This document shows, one piece after another, positions 20,082-30,877 of a stretch of 64,000 bases of DNA. This DNA is from a virus. Taxonomy: Duplodnaviria; Caudoviricetes. Location of the stretch: the IMG/VR virus record IMGVR_UViG_3300029319_000001, one strand, 5' to 3'. The notes below the pieces were generated by a model. The model was not told where the DNA came from, did no database searches, and saw only the letters and a list, made by a program, of their open reading frames with translations. Within the stretch, counting starts at the first letter, position 1. The number at the start of each line of letters is the position of its first letter. A program made the position numbers and the translations under genes.

Positions 20082-21170
20082 ATGACAACTCTTTCAAATA
20101 CACGCAGACAAGGTGGACTCCTACAGGGATGGCCTGAGTTCTGTGAGTGGGTAACTTCAACAAACAATAGAATCTATGTTGGTTGGTTCGGAGTACTCAT
20201 GATCCCATGCTTGCTAACAGCAGCAGCATGTTTCATCGTTGCATTCATTGCAGCACCTCCAGTCGATATCGACGGAATCAGAGAACCAGTTGCAGGTTCT
20301 TTCATGTATGGTAACAACATCATCTCTGGTGCAGTTGTTCCTTCATCAAATGCAATAGGTCTACACTTCTACCCAATCTGGGAAGCAGCAACAGTAGACG
20401 AATGGTTATACAATGGTGGTCCTTACCAACTTGTTATTTTCCACTTCCTTATTGGAATCTCTGCCTACATGGGTAGACAGTGGGAACTATCATATAGATT
20501 AGGTATGAGACCTTGGATATGTGTAGCATATTCTGCTCCTGTATCTGCAGCATTTGCTGTATTCTTAGTGTATCCTTTCGGTCAGGGATCTTTCTCAGAC
20601 GGAATGCCACTAGGTATCTCAGGTACATTTAACTTTATGTTCGTGTTCCAAGCAGAGCATAACATCCTAATGCATCCTTTCCATATGGCAGGGGTAGCAG
20701 GTATGTTCGGAGGATCTTTATTCTCAGCAATGCATGGTTCTCTTGTTACATCATCTCTAATCAGAGAAACAACTGAGCAAGAGTCACAGAACTACGGTTA
20801 TAAGTTCGGACAAGAAGAAGAAACATACAACATTGTAGCTGCACACGGTTACTTTGGTCGTCTTATCTTCCAGTATGCTTCATTCAACAACTCAAGAAGT
20901 TTACACTTCTTCCTAGCAGTTTTCCCTGTAGTCTGTGTATGGTTAACCTCAATGGGTATCTGTACTATGGCATTCAACCTTAACGGATTCAACTTCAACC
21001 AATCAGTTGTAGATGCTAACGGTAAGATTGTTCCTACATGGGGCGATGTTCTTAATAGAGCAAACCTAGGTATGGAAGTTATGCATGAGAGAAATGCACA
21101 TAACTTCCCACTTGACCTTGCATCTGCAGAGTCAACAACAGTTGCTTTAACAGCACCTTCAATCGGTTAA
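20082..21170 (+). CDS. psbA: Photosystem II D1 protein, Prochlorococcus type (Q130), no intron
   Basis: Full-length D1: [39 protein letters not shown]. Confidence 0.99.
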   Translation: MTTLSNTRRQGGLLQGWPEFCEWVTSTNNRIYVGWFGVLMIPCLLTAAACFIVAFIAAPPVDIDGIREPVAGSFMYGNNIISGAVVPSSNAIGLHFYPIWEAATVDEWLYNGGPYQLVIFHFLIGISAYMGRQWELSYRLGMRPWICVAYSAPVSAAFAVFLVYPFGQGSFSDGMPLGISGTFNFMFVFQAEHNILMHPFHMAGVAGMFGGSLFSAMHGSLVTSSLIRETTEQESQNYGYKFGQEEETYNIVAAHGYFGRLIFQYASFNNSRSLHFFLAVFPVVCVWLTSMGICTMAFNLNGFNFNQSVVDANGKIVPTWGDVLNRANLGMEVMHERNAHNFPLDLASAESTTVALTAPSIG

Positions 21171-21192
21171 TAGATTAACTGATATTCAATCG

Positions 21193-21215
21193 AGGCACCT
21201 TCGGGTGCCTTTTTC
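21193..21215 (+). terminator. Rho-independent terminator
   Basis: AGGCACC-TTCG-GGTGCCT plus T run. Confidence 0.85.
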
Positions 21216-21228
21216 ATAGGAAAAATTA

Positions 21229-22305
21229 ATGGTAGCATCTACTTTACAAGCACCTACAAGGGGTTGGTTTGATGTACTTGATGATTGGTTAAAGAGAGAC
21301 CGTTTTGTATTCATCGGATGGTCTGGTCTTTTACTTCTGCCTTGTGCTTACCTGTCAATCGGAGGATGGTTCGTTGGAACTACTTTCGTGACATCATGGT
21401 ATACACATGGTATTGCATCTTCATATCTTGAAGGAGCAAACTTTTTAACTGCAGCAGTATCCACACCTGGTGATGCGATGGGTCATAGTCTTATGTTCCT
21501 CTGGGGACCTGAGGCACAAGGTTCATTTGTTCGTTGGGTTCAACTCGGTGGACTCTGGAACTTCGTAGCATTACATGGAGTCTTTGGACTCATAGGTTTC
21601 ATGCTCCGTCAGTTTGAGATCGCAGGACTTGTAGGTATCAGACCTTACAATGCTCTAGCATTCTCTGCTGTTATTGCAGTATTCACAAGTATATTTTTGA
21701 TCTATCCTTTAGGTCAGCATAGTTGGTTCTTCGCACCATCATTCGGTGTCGCAGCAATCTTTCGTTATATTCTATTCATACAAGGTTTCCATAATATAAC
21801 TCTCAATCCATTTCATATGATGGGAGTGGCAGGAATACTAGGTGGAGCATTACTCTGTGCCATTCATGGTGCAACAGTACAGAACACATTGTATGAAGAC
21901 ACATCACAATACACAGAGGGTAAGATTCAATCTACAACCTTCCGTGCATTCGATCCTACACAGGAAGAAGAAACTTATAGTATGATTACAGCAAACAGAT
22001 TCTGGTCACAGATATTTGGTATCGCATTTTCAAACAAAAGATTCTTACACTTCCTTATGTTGTTCGTACCTGTGATGGGTATGTGGACATCATCCATAGG
22101 TATCGTAGGTCTTGCACTTAACCTCAGAGCATACGATTTTGTATCTCAAGAGATAAGAGCAGCAGAAGACCCAGAGTTCGAGACTTTCTATACAAAGAAC
22201 ATTCTTTTAAATGAGGGTATGAGAGCATGGATGTCATCTGTTGACCAACCACATGAGAACTTTGTGTTCCCAGAAGAAGTATTACCTCGTGGTAATGCCT
22301 TGTAA
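21229..22305 (+). CDS. psbD: Photosystem II D2 protein, Prochlorococcus type
   Basis: [41 protein letters not shown]; loop insertion [10 protein letters not shown]. Confidence 0.99.
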   Translation: MVASTLQAPTRGWFDVLDDWLKRDRFVFIGWSGLLLLPCAYLSIGGWFVGTTFVTSWYTHGIASSYLEGANFLTAAVSTPGDAMGHSLMFLWGPEAQGSFVRWVQLGGLWNFVALHGVFGLIGFMLRQFEIAGLVGIRPYNALAFSAVIAVFTSIFLIYPLGQHSWFFAPSFGVAAIFRYILFIQGFHNITLNPFHMMGVAGILGGALLCAIHGATVQNTLYEDTSQYTEGKIQSTTFRAFDPTQEEETYSMITANRFWSQIFGIAFSNKRFLHFLMLFVPVMGMWTSSIGIVGLALNLRAYDFVSQEIRAAEDPEFETFYTKNILLNEGMRAWMSSVDQPHENFVFPEEVLPRGNAL

Positions 22306-22327
22306 TTTATAAATTATATGTTATAAT

Positions 22328-22352
22328 GAGGGTATAACTACCCTCTTTTTTT
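22328..22352 (+). terminator. Rho-independent terminator
   Basis: GAGGGTA-TAAC-TACCCTC plus T7. Confidence 0.75.
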
Positions 22353-22595
22353 ATGCTTGAAGTGATTTGCCAGAACGACCCTTACAGGTATGTTGAAATG
22401 CCTGACCTCCTTCCCAATGGCAAAGGAGATTATCGTATCCAGAAGTGGAATAATTACAATGGTTACAAAGACATGTATCTTTGTGACAACTACATGCAGT
22501 TAGAAACTGCTATAAATGATTTTGAATATACTAAATGGTTAGATCCTGCAGGTGTTCCATGTTATGTAAAAGATCACGCAACAAGTAATGATTAG
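22353..22595 (+). CDS. Hypothetical protein
   Basis: 80 aa ORF translationally coupled to the next gene. Confidence 0.6.
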   Translation: MLEVICQNDPYRYVEMPDLLPNGKGDYRIQKWNNYNGYKDMYLCDNYMQLETAINDFEYTKWLDPAGVPCYVKDHATSND

Positions 22596-22887
22596 TCAAC
22601 ACATGTATCCATTTTATAGAGTGTATGATGAAAATGGTGATCAGTATTGTGATTGTAGTCACGAAGAGTATGCAATCAAAACTTTATGGTTACATAGAGA
22701 ATATCAAAATGAGATATTTACTTACCAAAAAATCAATGCACCTATCTTAGATCAAACAGTTGATGTAACAGCAACAAGAGAAAAAGAATTACCTGGTCAA
22801 CAAGGTCTTCCTAAAGCAAAAGAAAGACTTCCTTTTGAACCAGAAGATAAACAATTACAACACAGTATTTTGGAGGAAATTATTTAA
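22588..22887 (+). CDS. Hypothetical protein
   Basis: 99 aa ORF in tight gene packing. Confidence 0.6.
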   Translation: MISQHMYPFYRVYDENGDQYCDCSHEEYAIKTLWLHREYQNEIFTYQKINAPILDQTVDVTATREKELPGQQGLPKAKERLPFEPEDKQLQHSILEEII

Positions 22888-22976
22888 TGCCACTATTTTT
22901 AATCGTATTAGGTGCCTCATCAGTTGGTGCTCTCATCGCTCTTTATATTCTTAGAAAGTATGACCCCCACAATTAA
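22887..22976 (+). CDS. 29 aa membrane micro-protein
   Basis: TAATG coupling; MPLFLIVLGASSVGALIALYILRKYDPHN. Confidence 0.5.
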   Translation: MPLFLIVLGASSVGALIALYILRKYDPHN

Positions 22977-23166
22977 TTTTAAACAAACAAGTGACGAACT
23001 ATATGATCGTCATCATTACAAAATAGTTTCTAAACACTATGCTACTTTTATTGTAAAATCTTGGGACGAAGTTCAAGAGTGGTGGTGGAATCATTGTAAT
23101 ATGTTTGGTTTTGATGCTATAATAGAAGTATTAGACATACCAAAAGAAAAACCTAAAGGATTTTAG
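22960..23166 (+). CDS. Hypothetical protein
   Basis: YDRHHYKIV...WWW motif; start moved to the downstream ATG. Confidence 0.55.
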   Translation: MTPTINFKQTSDELYDRHHYKIVSKHYATFIVKSWDEVQEWWWNHCNMFGFDAIIEVLDIPKEKPKGF

Positions 23167-23168
23167 TA

Positions 23169-23321
23169 ATGAATTGTTGGCACTGTGGAACTGAATTAAT
23201 CTGGGGATCAGATTTTGACATGGATGATATAAATGACGGAGAGGAGTCTGAGTATGATTTCTGGTCTAGTTTTACTTGTCCTAAATGTGAATCTTATGTG
23301 GAGGTATTTCATCACAAATGA
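23169..23321 (+). CDS. 50 aa Zn-finger protein (absent from ORF track)
   Basis: MNCWHCG...FTCPKC; ATGA coupling to the next gene. Confidence 0.6.
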   Translation: MNCWHCGTELIWGSDFDMDDINDGEESEYDFWSSFTCPKCESYVEVFHHK

Positions 23322-23818
23322 ACATCTTTGTAACTGATCCTTCAGCAGTAAAATCTGCACAGGTATTGCCCGACAAACACATTGTCAAGATGCCATTAGA
23401 AACATGTCAAATGTTATCTATTGTTGCATCAGAAAAATGGGGTCATGGTTTTGGCACACTACCAAAGTTAGATGGCACACCATACAAGACAGACAAGGGT
23501 GCATTTCGTAATCATCCTTGTACTATCTGGGCACAAGATAATTGGACATGGTTAATTGTACATGGTCTTGCTCTATGCTATGAATATACGCATAGGTATG
23601 CTAAAATACATAGTTGTCAGCATACAATAGAACATGCTGTAAAAATATTTCCACCACAAGATCATGATCCTAAATCTTTTGCGTTCGCAGGACCCGACAG
23701 GTTTAAATTTGACACAAGCATTGACACTTTTACTGCTTACAAGCGTTATATATCGAGCAAACCTTGGGTTGCATCTAATTATCTTCGTGACCCATCCAGA
23801 AAACCGCATTGGTTATGA
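23318..23818 (+). CDS. Pyrimidine-dimer DNA glycosylase family protein (DenV-like)
   Basis: MNIFVTD, DKHIVKMPLETCQMLS, NHPCTIW, YRYGKxH-like YTHRYAKIH. Confidence 0.75.
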   Translation: MNIFVTDPSAVKSAQVLPDKHIVKMPLETCQMLSIVASEKWGHGFGTLPKLDGTPYKTDKGAFRNHPCTIWAQDNWTWLIVHGLALCYEYTHRYAKIHSCQHTIEHAVKIFPPQDHDPKSFAFAGPDRFKFDTSIDTFTAYKRYISSKPWVASNYLRDPSRKPHWL

Positions 23819-24024
23819 ATAAAGTATGGAAGATCTGGAAGTATGCTCTAGGATCATTTAACGATGAAACAACTAAGAAGTATGATGATATTATATGCAT
23901 CATTAGATCTTTTATCTTTGTACAATTAGTAATTACTAACTGCTTTATTGTTGCAGGTAACATTAGACATTGGAACGACCATCATACCCCACCAACTTAT
24001 GAAATTAACTCAAGAAATAATTGA
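23815..24024 (+). CDS. Small membrane protein
   Basis: WKYALGSF...IVAGNIRHW, one TM segment. Confidence 0.55.
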   Translation: MNKVWKIWKYALGSFNDETTKKYDDIICIIRSFIFVQLVITNCFIVAGNIRHWNDHHTPPTYEINSRNN

Positions 24025-24223
24025 TAAGATACAAGAAGCAATGCTTCATACCAAGAAGGATGGTACTATCAATTGGAAAGATACTGATGAGATTGAGGTA
24101 AATCTAGCAGGAACATTTGCTGCTGATAAGTTTATTGTTATCAAGAACAAAACAAAAGACCCAGTAGTATCTGCTGCACCACACCCCAACTTTGATTATG
24201 AAAAGAAGGAGTTTAAAAAATGA
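23999..24223 (+). CDS. Hypothetical protein
   Basis: 74 aa; ATGA coupling to the next gene. Confidence 0.55.
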   Translation: MKLTQEIIDKIQEAMLHTKKDGTINWKDTDEIEVNLAGTFAADKFIVIKNKTKDPVVSAAPHPNFDYEKKEFKK

Positions 24224-24738
24224 TTAACACAGAGTTTCAACAAATTCTAGAAAAAAACAACATATTATATGGTGAGACTACCACTCAACCACCGTTCAGA
24301 GTTGTTTGTAGAAACTATGCTACTGATTCTATGGTCACAGATACTATAGGTATAGAAGATGGTCAGTATATTTTTCATACAAAAGAAACAGCACATGCTG
24401 ATGGTGGTAAAGGACACCATGCTCCTATCGTTGAGTTCTTTTTAGATACTGACAAAACTCCTTTGCTTACATTTGATAGAGTAAGACTAATGGGTTATGC
24501 AGTTGAACCATATGTCATGAGAATAATAGACCTTGATTATATACTGAAAGATTTGTTTCAACAGATTGGTTTTACTCTAGTTGATTTTGAAGCAGGGTTT
24601 GGTAGAGATGCTGATGGTCGTTTCCTTGTCAACAAATTGGATATTGATAACATGACAATTTGGAAAAATAATGTAGAAAATAAGTATCTAATTGGAGCAC
24701 ACAAATATATACTAAAACATCTATTGGAGGTATCTTAA
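24220..24738 (+). CDS. Truncated, degenerate SAICAR synthetase (PurC)-like protein
   Basis: FRVVCRNYA, PIVEFF, PLLTFDRV, TLVDFEAGFG, DNMTIW align to PurC blocks; N-terminus missing. Confidence 0.65.
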   Translation: MINTEFQQILEKNNILYGETTTQPPFRVVCRNYATDSMVTDTIGIEDGQYIFHTKETAHADGGKGHHAPIVEFFLDTDKTPLLTFDRVRLMGYAVEPYVMRIIDLDYILKDLFQQIGFTLVDFEAGFGRDADGRFLVNKLDIDNMTIWKNNVENKYLIGAHKYILKHLLEVS

Positions 24739-24739
24739 C

Positions 24740-24940
24740 ATGCATGGTAACTTAGAACCAGAAGAGGATTGGTTTAGACCAACACATAAAGATTCTGTTA
24801 ATGATCTATGGGAAGATATGGATCGCCTCAATGCTTTGTATGAAGAGATGATGTGGCCACATAATGATACTTTAGAATTTATACCAGACCATGCTAACGA
24901 TAGAATAATAATACAGAATAGATCTAGAAAAGGTTTATGA
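24740..24940 (+). CDS. Hypothetical protein
   Basis: MHGNLEPEE...DLWEDMDRLNALYEEMMW. Confidence 0.6.
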   Translation: MHGNLEPEEDWFRPTHKDSVNDLWEDMDRLNALYEEMMWPHNDTLEFIPDHANDRIIIQNRSRKGL

Positions 24941-25503
24941 CCACCCATACTATATTTCCTACAGTAATTGCGAAATCATATGATTCTCAATTTGAATTGG
25001 TTAAAGATGATCTCATAGCATGGATGACTAACTATGCTAAAACTTATCCAACCAATAGTAGGAGTAATGTAGATGGGTATCAAAGTCCTGATAATTTTTG
25101 GGAGATGGATGCCTTCGCACCATTTCTTAATTATATGAGTCCAAGGATCTTAGACTTGGTAGAGGAGTATCGTAATCATGATGAGACATGTATGGATTTT
25201 CAACCAGAATTATCTAACATGTGGTTCAATATAAATTACAAGCATAACTATAATGTAAGTCATACACATCCTGGTTGTGTGCTTGCTGGAGTTTTCTGGG
25301 TTAGTTGTCCAAAACAATCAGGAGAATTAGTTTTTCATCATCTAGATGAACATAACTTTGCTCCTATACAACATACCAATATTACTATACCACCTGTTGA
25401 GGGTGGTATGTATTTGTTTCCTGGTTCTTTATATCATCATGTTAGTATGAGTTATTCTGATGAACCTAGGATGTCAATTGCTTTTAATTTACTTGAACCA
25501 TGA
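24937..25503 (+). CDS. 2OG-Fe(II) oxygenase, TIGR02466-like
   Basis: MWFNIN, HTHPGCVLAGVFWV, LFPGSLYHHV, RMSIAFN. Confidence 0.8.
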   Translation: MTTHTIFPTVIAKSYDSQFELVKDDLIAWMTNYAKTYPTNSRSNVDGYQSPDNFWEMDAFAPFLNYMSPRILDLVEEYRNHDETCMDFQPELSNMWFNINYKHNYNVSHTHPGCVLAGVFWVSCPKQSGELVFHHLDEHNFAPIQHTNITIPPVEGGMYLFPGSLYHHVSMSYSDEPRMSIAFNLLEP

Positions 25504-25985
25504 GAATTACTGACGACACTCTTGAGAAAGAATATTTTACTATGCTACAAGGAGTTGTGATGGGTCATAACTTTCCTTGGGAGTATCAAGCAAGAGTAGC
25601 AAACCCTTGGGAAAATAATAACGAGCATTTTTATTTTGTGCATAGATTATATGAAAGATTCTCTCCAGTAAGTTCTTTCATGGATCCATTAGATGATTAT
25701 CTAATCAAAGTTTTAAATGTCAAGTCAATAATTAGAGCAAGAGTTTTATTGTATCCTAATCAAGGAAAATTTATTGAGCATGATCCTCATGTAGACTTTG
25801 AGTATAGTCACAAGGCATCACTATTATATTTTAATGACAACGATGGATATACCAAGATGGAAGACGGAACTAAGATAGAAAGTGTTGCTAATAGAAATGT
25901 AATTTTTGATGGATCTACACCACATAATAGTACGAACTGTACAAACGAAAAAGCACGGTTTGTATTAGCGGTTAATTACTTCTAA
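25500..25985 (+). CDS. 2OG-Fe(II) oxygenase
   Basis: HDPHVD, DNDGYT, ESVANRNVIFDG, HNST, RFVLAVNYF. Confidence 0.8.
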   Translation: MRITDDTLEKEYFTMLQGVVMGHNFPWEYQARVANPWENNNEHFYFVHRLYERFSPVSSFMDPLDDYLIKVLNVKSIIRARVLLYPNQGKFIEHDPHVDFEYSHKASLLYFNDNDGYTKMEDGTKIESVANRNVIFDGSTPHNSTNCTNEKARFVLAVNYF

Positions 25986-25991
25986 TAAATA
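25985..25991 (+). promoter_or_regulatory. Late promoter of the tail-fibre module
   Basis: ATAAATA before structural genes. Confidence 0.6.
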
Positions 25992-26019
25992 ACTAGAAGC
26001 AATACTATAAAATCTTGTA

Positions 26020-26490
26020 ATGCCGACTCGCATTAAACCAAAACGAAGTATTACGCAGGGACAGATTCCTGGTCTTAATGATCTGGAAGATGGAGAAATG
26101 GCTATTAATATTGTAGACCAAAAGATCTACATTAGAAGTGGCAACGCTGTTGAAACTGTAGCACAAGCTGCTACTGGTGCAACTCCTGTCTTCGCACAGT
26201 TAACTGGTCCTCTATCAACACAACTTGTTGTTAATAAGAGATACCTTGCCGACACTAACGCTGGTGTTATTAATGCCACTATGCCACAGGTCAACTTATC
26301 AGCTGGAGACAGCATTGAGATAGCAGACGGTGGCCAAAGTTGGAATATAAATAATGTTACATTGACTTCAGCGAGCCATCAATTTAAAGATGCGATAGGA
26401 AACATTGATGATGGACCTGTAAACTTAGATGTTTCAGGTGTAACCGTTATGTTTTTATGGACAGGTAGTTATTGGAGAATAGTTAGTTAA
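26020..26490 (+). CDS. Virion structural/tail-fibre-associated protein
   Basis: RIKPKRS...LEDGEMAINIVD head plus a gp34-like C-terminal repeat domain. Confidence 0.6.
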   Translation: MPTRIKPKRSITQGQIPGLNDLEDGEMAINIVDQKIYIRSGNAVETVAQAATGATPVFAQLTGPLSTQLVVNKRYLADTNAGVINATMPQVNLSAGDSIEIADGGQSWNINNVTLTSASHQFKDAIGNIDDGPVNLDVSGVTVMFLWTGSYWRIVS

Positions 26491-26841
26491 ATGGCATTAA
26501 CATTAAGCAACGCACATTTTCAACCTCAAGATTCTACAGGGCATTTTGTTTATGCTTTGAGAAGAGATGAGTACTCTATGCTCTATCTTACTAAGGTAAG
26601 TACTGCTTCTACTACTGAAAGCTTTGAACCATTCCGACTCGATGGAACGCAAGTTGAAGAGTTTGGAGATTATGAGGATTATGTTGAGGAAGTTACTGAG
26701 CAAAAGGCAACTGCCAATAATCCGCAAGATAAATATCAACAGATACGATTTGATCGTCGTAACTTAAATTATTTCCTAGATTCTGATGGATACTTAGTCC
26801 TTCAAGTCAATGGAACCCATTCATACACTGGACCTGTTTAA
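26491..26841 (+). CDS. Virion structural protein (putative)
   Basis: YQQIRFDRRNLNYFLDSDGYLV; located in the fibre module. Confidence 0.5.
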   Translation: MALTLSNAHFQPQDSTGHFVYALRRDEYSMLYLTKVSTASTTESFEPFRLDGTQVEEFGDYEDYVEEVTEQKATANNPQDKYQQIRFDRRNLNYFLDSDGYLVLQVNGTHSYTGPV

Positions 26842-26854
26842 CGAGTAACTAACA

Positions 26855-29800
26855 ATGGCAGAATTTAGACTTGGCAGACTGAAGTTCAACTGGCGTGGAG
26901 CATGGGTAGCATCTACTGCATATGTAATTGATGACATCGTTAAATACGGTGCTAGTTCATATGTGTGTACTGTTAACCATACTTCTGACAGTAGTTCTAC
27001 AGGCTTCCCTAACGACTCAGCATACTGGAGTCTGCACCTTACAGGTCAGAACTTCGCTGGAGATCTAACGGTGAGTACTGGATATGTTGTCCAGGATATC
27101 GTTAAAGAAGGTGGTAACCTATACATTTGTACAGCTCAGAATACTTCAACAGGTATTCAAAGTAACTGGTACGCAAACGACTACCCACAGTATTGGGATA
27201 TCTATGCAGAGGGCGTAAACTTCAGAGGTGCCTTTGCTACTGATACTTACTATGGTATTAATGATGTAGTTGAATATGGTCCTCAACTATATCGTGTTAC
27301 ATCACCATTCCAAACACCATCAGACCAGACTGCCACTGGTGTATCAACATCCCCACATGATACTACAGGTGTTGGATCAGACGGATTCTTCCCTCCTGCA
27401 TCAAACTTTGCTCCATTCTCTAACGGAATAGAGGGTAGAGGAGAGTATGATTCTAATGCAAGGTATGAGAGAGGAGACCTCGTAGAATTTAGTGGTTCTG
27501 CTTATGTTGCCATAGGTACTAACCCAAGAGGAGATCAGCCAAACCAAAACCCAGCTCTATGGTCTAACTTAGTTCAAGGTATTGGTACTGGTGCTGGTGC
27601 GACATACGATAAGACAAGACAATATGGTAAAGGTCAGATTGTTACCTACGGTGGTAACTCTTACATTGCTGACCAATTAATAATTAATAACGACACACCA
27701 CCAATCGGTGCTGGTATTACTGATAGTGATGCAGGACAAAATGGTTGGTCTCTACTTGTTAGAGGACAAAAATGGAGAGGTACTTGGAGTAACTCTAATT
27801 ACTATGAGCAAGGTGACTTAGTTGAGTACTCAAGTTCTGCATATGTTTCTGTTGCATCTTCTAACTTAAATGTTCAACCTGGTACTGCTGTTACCATGTG
27901 GCAAGCATTTGCTATAGGTGATAGTGCAGCACTCTTAACAACTAAAGGTGACATTTTAACTAGAGATGGTACTGGTCCTTCAAGACAGGGTATTGGTACC
28001 CAAGGTACATTCCTAAGAGTATCAAGTACTGATGAAGTTGAATGGCAGTATGCTGGACAAAGAACAAAAATATATTTCATTGACGCACAGCAAGGTTCAA
28101 ACGATAACTCTGGTTTAACTCCTGACGATGCATGGCAGAATATTTCCTACGCATCTACTGCAGCACAGAAAGTATCTAACATTACTAACTTTGTTTACGA
28201 TAATACTTCTGGTATTGCAACTGTTACTGCTGCTAACCACGGTTTATTCCCAAGAGGGGACATCAGACTTGCTGGTATATCATTCACTTGTGCTCCTGGT
28301 TTCTCTGGTTTAACAACTACTGTCTTCCCTGATGGTACACAAGGTTTCTACTTCAAAGTTGATAGTGTTATTGACTCTGATACTTTCGTAACCAATGTCA
28401 GTATCTCAACTATTGCACACACATATGTAAGTGGTGGTACTGTTACTGACTCTTCACCTGTTATTATCAAACTATCTGCTGGTGTATTCTCAGAAGAGTT
28501 ACCAATTACTCTACCTAAGAACTTCTCAATTGCTGGTGATGTTTTAAGAGGTTCAACAATTCAACCTGCTCCTGGCATATCAACTGAGGGTGTTATTCCT
28601 AACTCTCGTCAGACTATGTTCTTTGTGTCTGACTCTACTACAGTTCAGGCGATCACAATGCGTGGTCTCCAAGGTTTCGATTACGATACTAACGATCCTT
28701 TCAATACTGATAAGTGGCAAGTCAAGACTGGTGTAGGTACTACTGCTTGTGGTGTATACTTCAGATTAAACCCAACCGATCCTATTCTAAACCGTTCACC
28801 ATACATTAAAGACTGTACTGCATTCTCTGATGTTTGTCTTGATGGTACAGGACATCAAGGTGCTATTGGTATCTTTATTGAGGGTGGTGTTCACAACCTA
28901 GCACCTGAAGGTGCAGGTGGTAAATCGATGGTGTTCGATGCCTTTACGAATATTCATTCGGGTGGTGTAGGATTCTTCCTAGAAGATGATGCTCTCGCTG
29001 AGATTGTGTCTTCCTTCACATACTATTGTGCATTCGGATATGTATCTGATGATGGATCAGAGATTAGATCTCTATCAGGTAACAACTCCTACGGTACTTA
29101 CGGTGCTGTTGCTGCAGGATTCTCTACACTAGAGACTCCTAGATTTGGTAGGATGTTCGGTGATAAGATGACAACTGTTGTTGGAACTTATGCTGGAACT
29201 CTTGCTGTTGGTGCAACAATGCGTGGTACTGTCTCAGGTGCTCGTGGTACACTAACTAACGACCAGTCTGCATCAGATGCAATCTACTTCAAGTATAAGA
29301 CTGGATTTGGTAACACATTTATGGATGCAGCTGATATCAACCCTGCGGTTGGTATTGGTACTACAGTCTTCACACCTGGTGAGTACATCGAAGTTGATTC
29401 CGTTGGTGCTGGTGCTACTGGATACTTTAGACTCGGTAGTGGTTCTAACGCAGTAAACGGACAGCAAGATATCCTCTTTGAGGTTGCTGGACTTTCGACA
29501 ACACCTATTGTTGGTGACGCATTAGGATTTACTACTGTTGGTATGGGATTCTCCGATACTAATACTTACATCTTAAGAGCTGTAACAAACTATGTTGCTG
29601 GTAATAACTTCACTCCAACTGCAGGTTCTTACAACCCATCAACAGGTATCGTACAGTTGACATCTAACGGTCACGGTATGATGGTTGGAGATAAGATTCA
29701 ATTAACACCTAATTCATTAACATTTACTTGTTCTCTTGATGGTAATGTTTCTCAGAAAACTTATCCTCGTGCTACAGGTACAGGTGTTAACGCTGGTAAA

Positions 29801-30868
29801 GCTGACCCATTATTCAGAACATTAGTTTCTATCTCGGCAACGACTGTTAACACATTCTCCTTCCAGTCACTAGAAAATATTCCTTCTACAAATACAAGTG
29901 CTCATACATTTGTAAGTGCAGATACGAATGCTGTTCAGCAAGCGAATGGTCGTGCAACAATTAATGTGGCACCTGGTAAGGGATCTGCTCCTAAGTCATT
30001 CGACAATCAAGAGTTTGCAATGAGAAGTAAGTTCTCTAAACTAAGACTTACTGGTCATGACTTCCTATTAATCGGTACAGGTAACACTGCACAAACAAAC
30101 TATCCTAACACTGATGAGAACACAGCATCACAGGGTAACGAAACTAATGTAGTTAACTCTGGTAAGATCTTCTTCGTATCAACTGACCAAGGAGGTAACT
30201 TCAGAGTTGGAGAATACTTCTCTGTTAACCAGTTAACTGGTGCTGCTACCTTGGATGCTTCCGCTTTCAACTTATCTGGTTTGACAGAACTAAGATTGGG
30301 TGCTATCGGTGGACAGATTGGTGAAGCGATCAACGAATTCTCCTCTGATGAACTCATGTCTGGTGATTCTAACCAAGCATGTCCAACTGAGAAAGCAGTT
30401 CGTGGATTCTTAACAAGAGGTAAGATGGATGCCACATCAGGAATCTTAGTTCCACCTAGAGGATCTCAAGCAGGAAGACCTACTGGTAACGCACTACTTA
30501 ATGGTGGACTTCGCTACGATACTGATACAAACAGTTATGAATACTACAACGGTTCAAACTGGTTACCTGTAGGTGCATACCAGAATATCGATGCTACCTC
30601 TGGAGTTACTGCTGCTAACAAACAGCAAATCTTCTGTAACACAACATCAGGTGGATTCACTGTTACTCTACCTGCTAACCCAATCAAAGGTGATAGCATT
30701 AGAATCTTTGATGTCGCCAAGACATTTGATTCAAACTCACTAACAGTTGGTAGAAACGGTAACCCAATCATGGGTGACTCTTCCGACCTAACAGTTAATA
30801 CTGAGGGTGCTGCATTTGAACTTGTGTTCTATGATGGCACACAAGGATGGAGAATCATTACCATCTAA
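26855..30868 (+). CDS. Large tail fibre/virion structural protein
   Basis: MAEFRLGRLKFNWRGAW start, repeated WRG.W/Y...D.V.Y units, Gly/Thr-rich body, gp34-like C-terminus. Confidence 0.75.
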   Translation: MAEFRLGRLKFNWRGAWVASTAYVIDDIVKYGASSYVCTVNHTSDSSSTGFPNDSAYWSLHLTGQNFAGDLTVSTGYVVQDIVKEGGNLYICTAQNTSTGIQSNWYANDYPQYWDIYAEGVNFRGAFATDTYYGINDVVEYGPQLYRVTSPFQTPSDQTATGVSTSPHDTTGVGSDGFFPPASNFAPFSNGIEGRGEYDSNARYERGDLVEFSGSAYVAIGTNPRGDQPNQNPALWSNLVQGIGTGAGATYDKTRQYGKGQIVTYGGNSYIADQLIINNDTPPIGAGITDSDAGQNGWSLLVRGQKWRGTWSNSNYYEQGDLVEYSSSAYVSVASSNLNVQPGTAVTMWQAFAIGDSAALLTTKGDILTRDGTGPSRQGIGTQGTFLRVSSTDEVEWQYAGQRTKIYFIDAQQGSNDNSGLTPDDAWQNISYASTAAQKVSNITNFVYDNTSGIATVTAANHGLFPRGDIRLAGISFTCAPGFSGLTTTVFPDGTQGFYFKVDSVIDSDTFVTNVSISTIAHTYVSGGTVTDSSPVIIKLSAGVFSEELPITLPKNFSIAGDVLRGSTIQPAPGISTEGVIPNSRQTMFFVSDSTTVQAITMRGLQGFDYDTNDPFNTDKWQVKTGVGTTACGVYFRLNPTDPILNRSPYIKDCTAFSDVCLDGTGHQGAIGIFIEGGVHNLAPEGAGGKSMVFDAFTNIHSGGVGFFLEDDALAEIVSSFTYYCAFGYVSDDGSEIRSLSGNNSYGTYGAVAAGFSTLETPRFGRMFGDKMTTVVGTYAGTLAVGATMRGTVSGARGTLTNDQSASDAIYFKYKTGFGNTFMDAADINPAVGIGTTVFTPGEYIEVDSVGAGATGYFRLGSGSNAVNGQQDILFEVAGLSTTPIVGDALGFTTVGMGFSDTNTYILRAVTNYVAGNNFTPTAGSYNPSTGIVQLTSNGHGMMVGDKIQLTPNSLTFTCSLDGNVSQKTYPRATGTGVNAGKADPLFRTLVSISATTVNTFSFQSLENIPSTNTSAHTFVSADTNAVQQANGRATINVAPGKGSAPKSFDNQEFAMRSKFSKLRLTGHDFLLIGTGNTAQTNYPNTDENTASQGNETNVVNSGKIFFVSTDQGGNFRVGEYFSVNQLTGAATLDASAFNLSGLTELRLGAIGGQIGEAINEFSSDELMSGDSNQACPTEKAVRGFLTRGKMDATSGILVPPRGSQAGRPTGNALLNGGLRYDTDTNSYEYYNGSNWLPVGAYQNIDATSGVTAANKQQIFCNTTSGGFTVTLPANPIKGDSIRIFDVAKTFDSNSLTVGRNGNPIMGDSSDLTVNTEGAAFELVFYDGTQGWRIITI

Positions 30869-30877
30869 TAGATTCAT

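Noticed and set aside
20082-22305. Group I intron or homing endonuclease in or between psbA and psbD
   Set aside because: Both genes are uninterrupted and the 58 nt spacer holds only a terminator.
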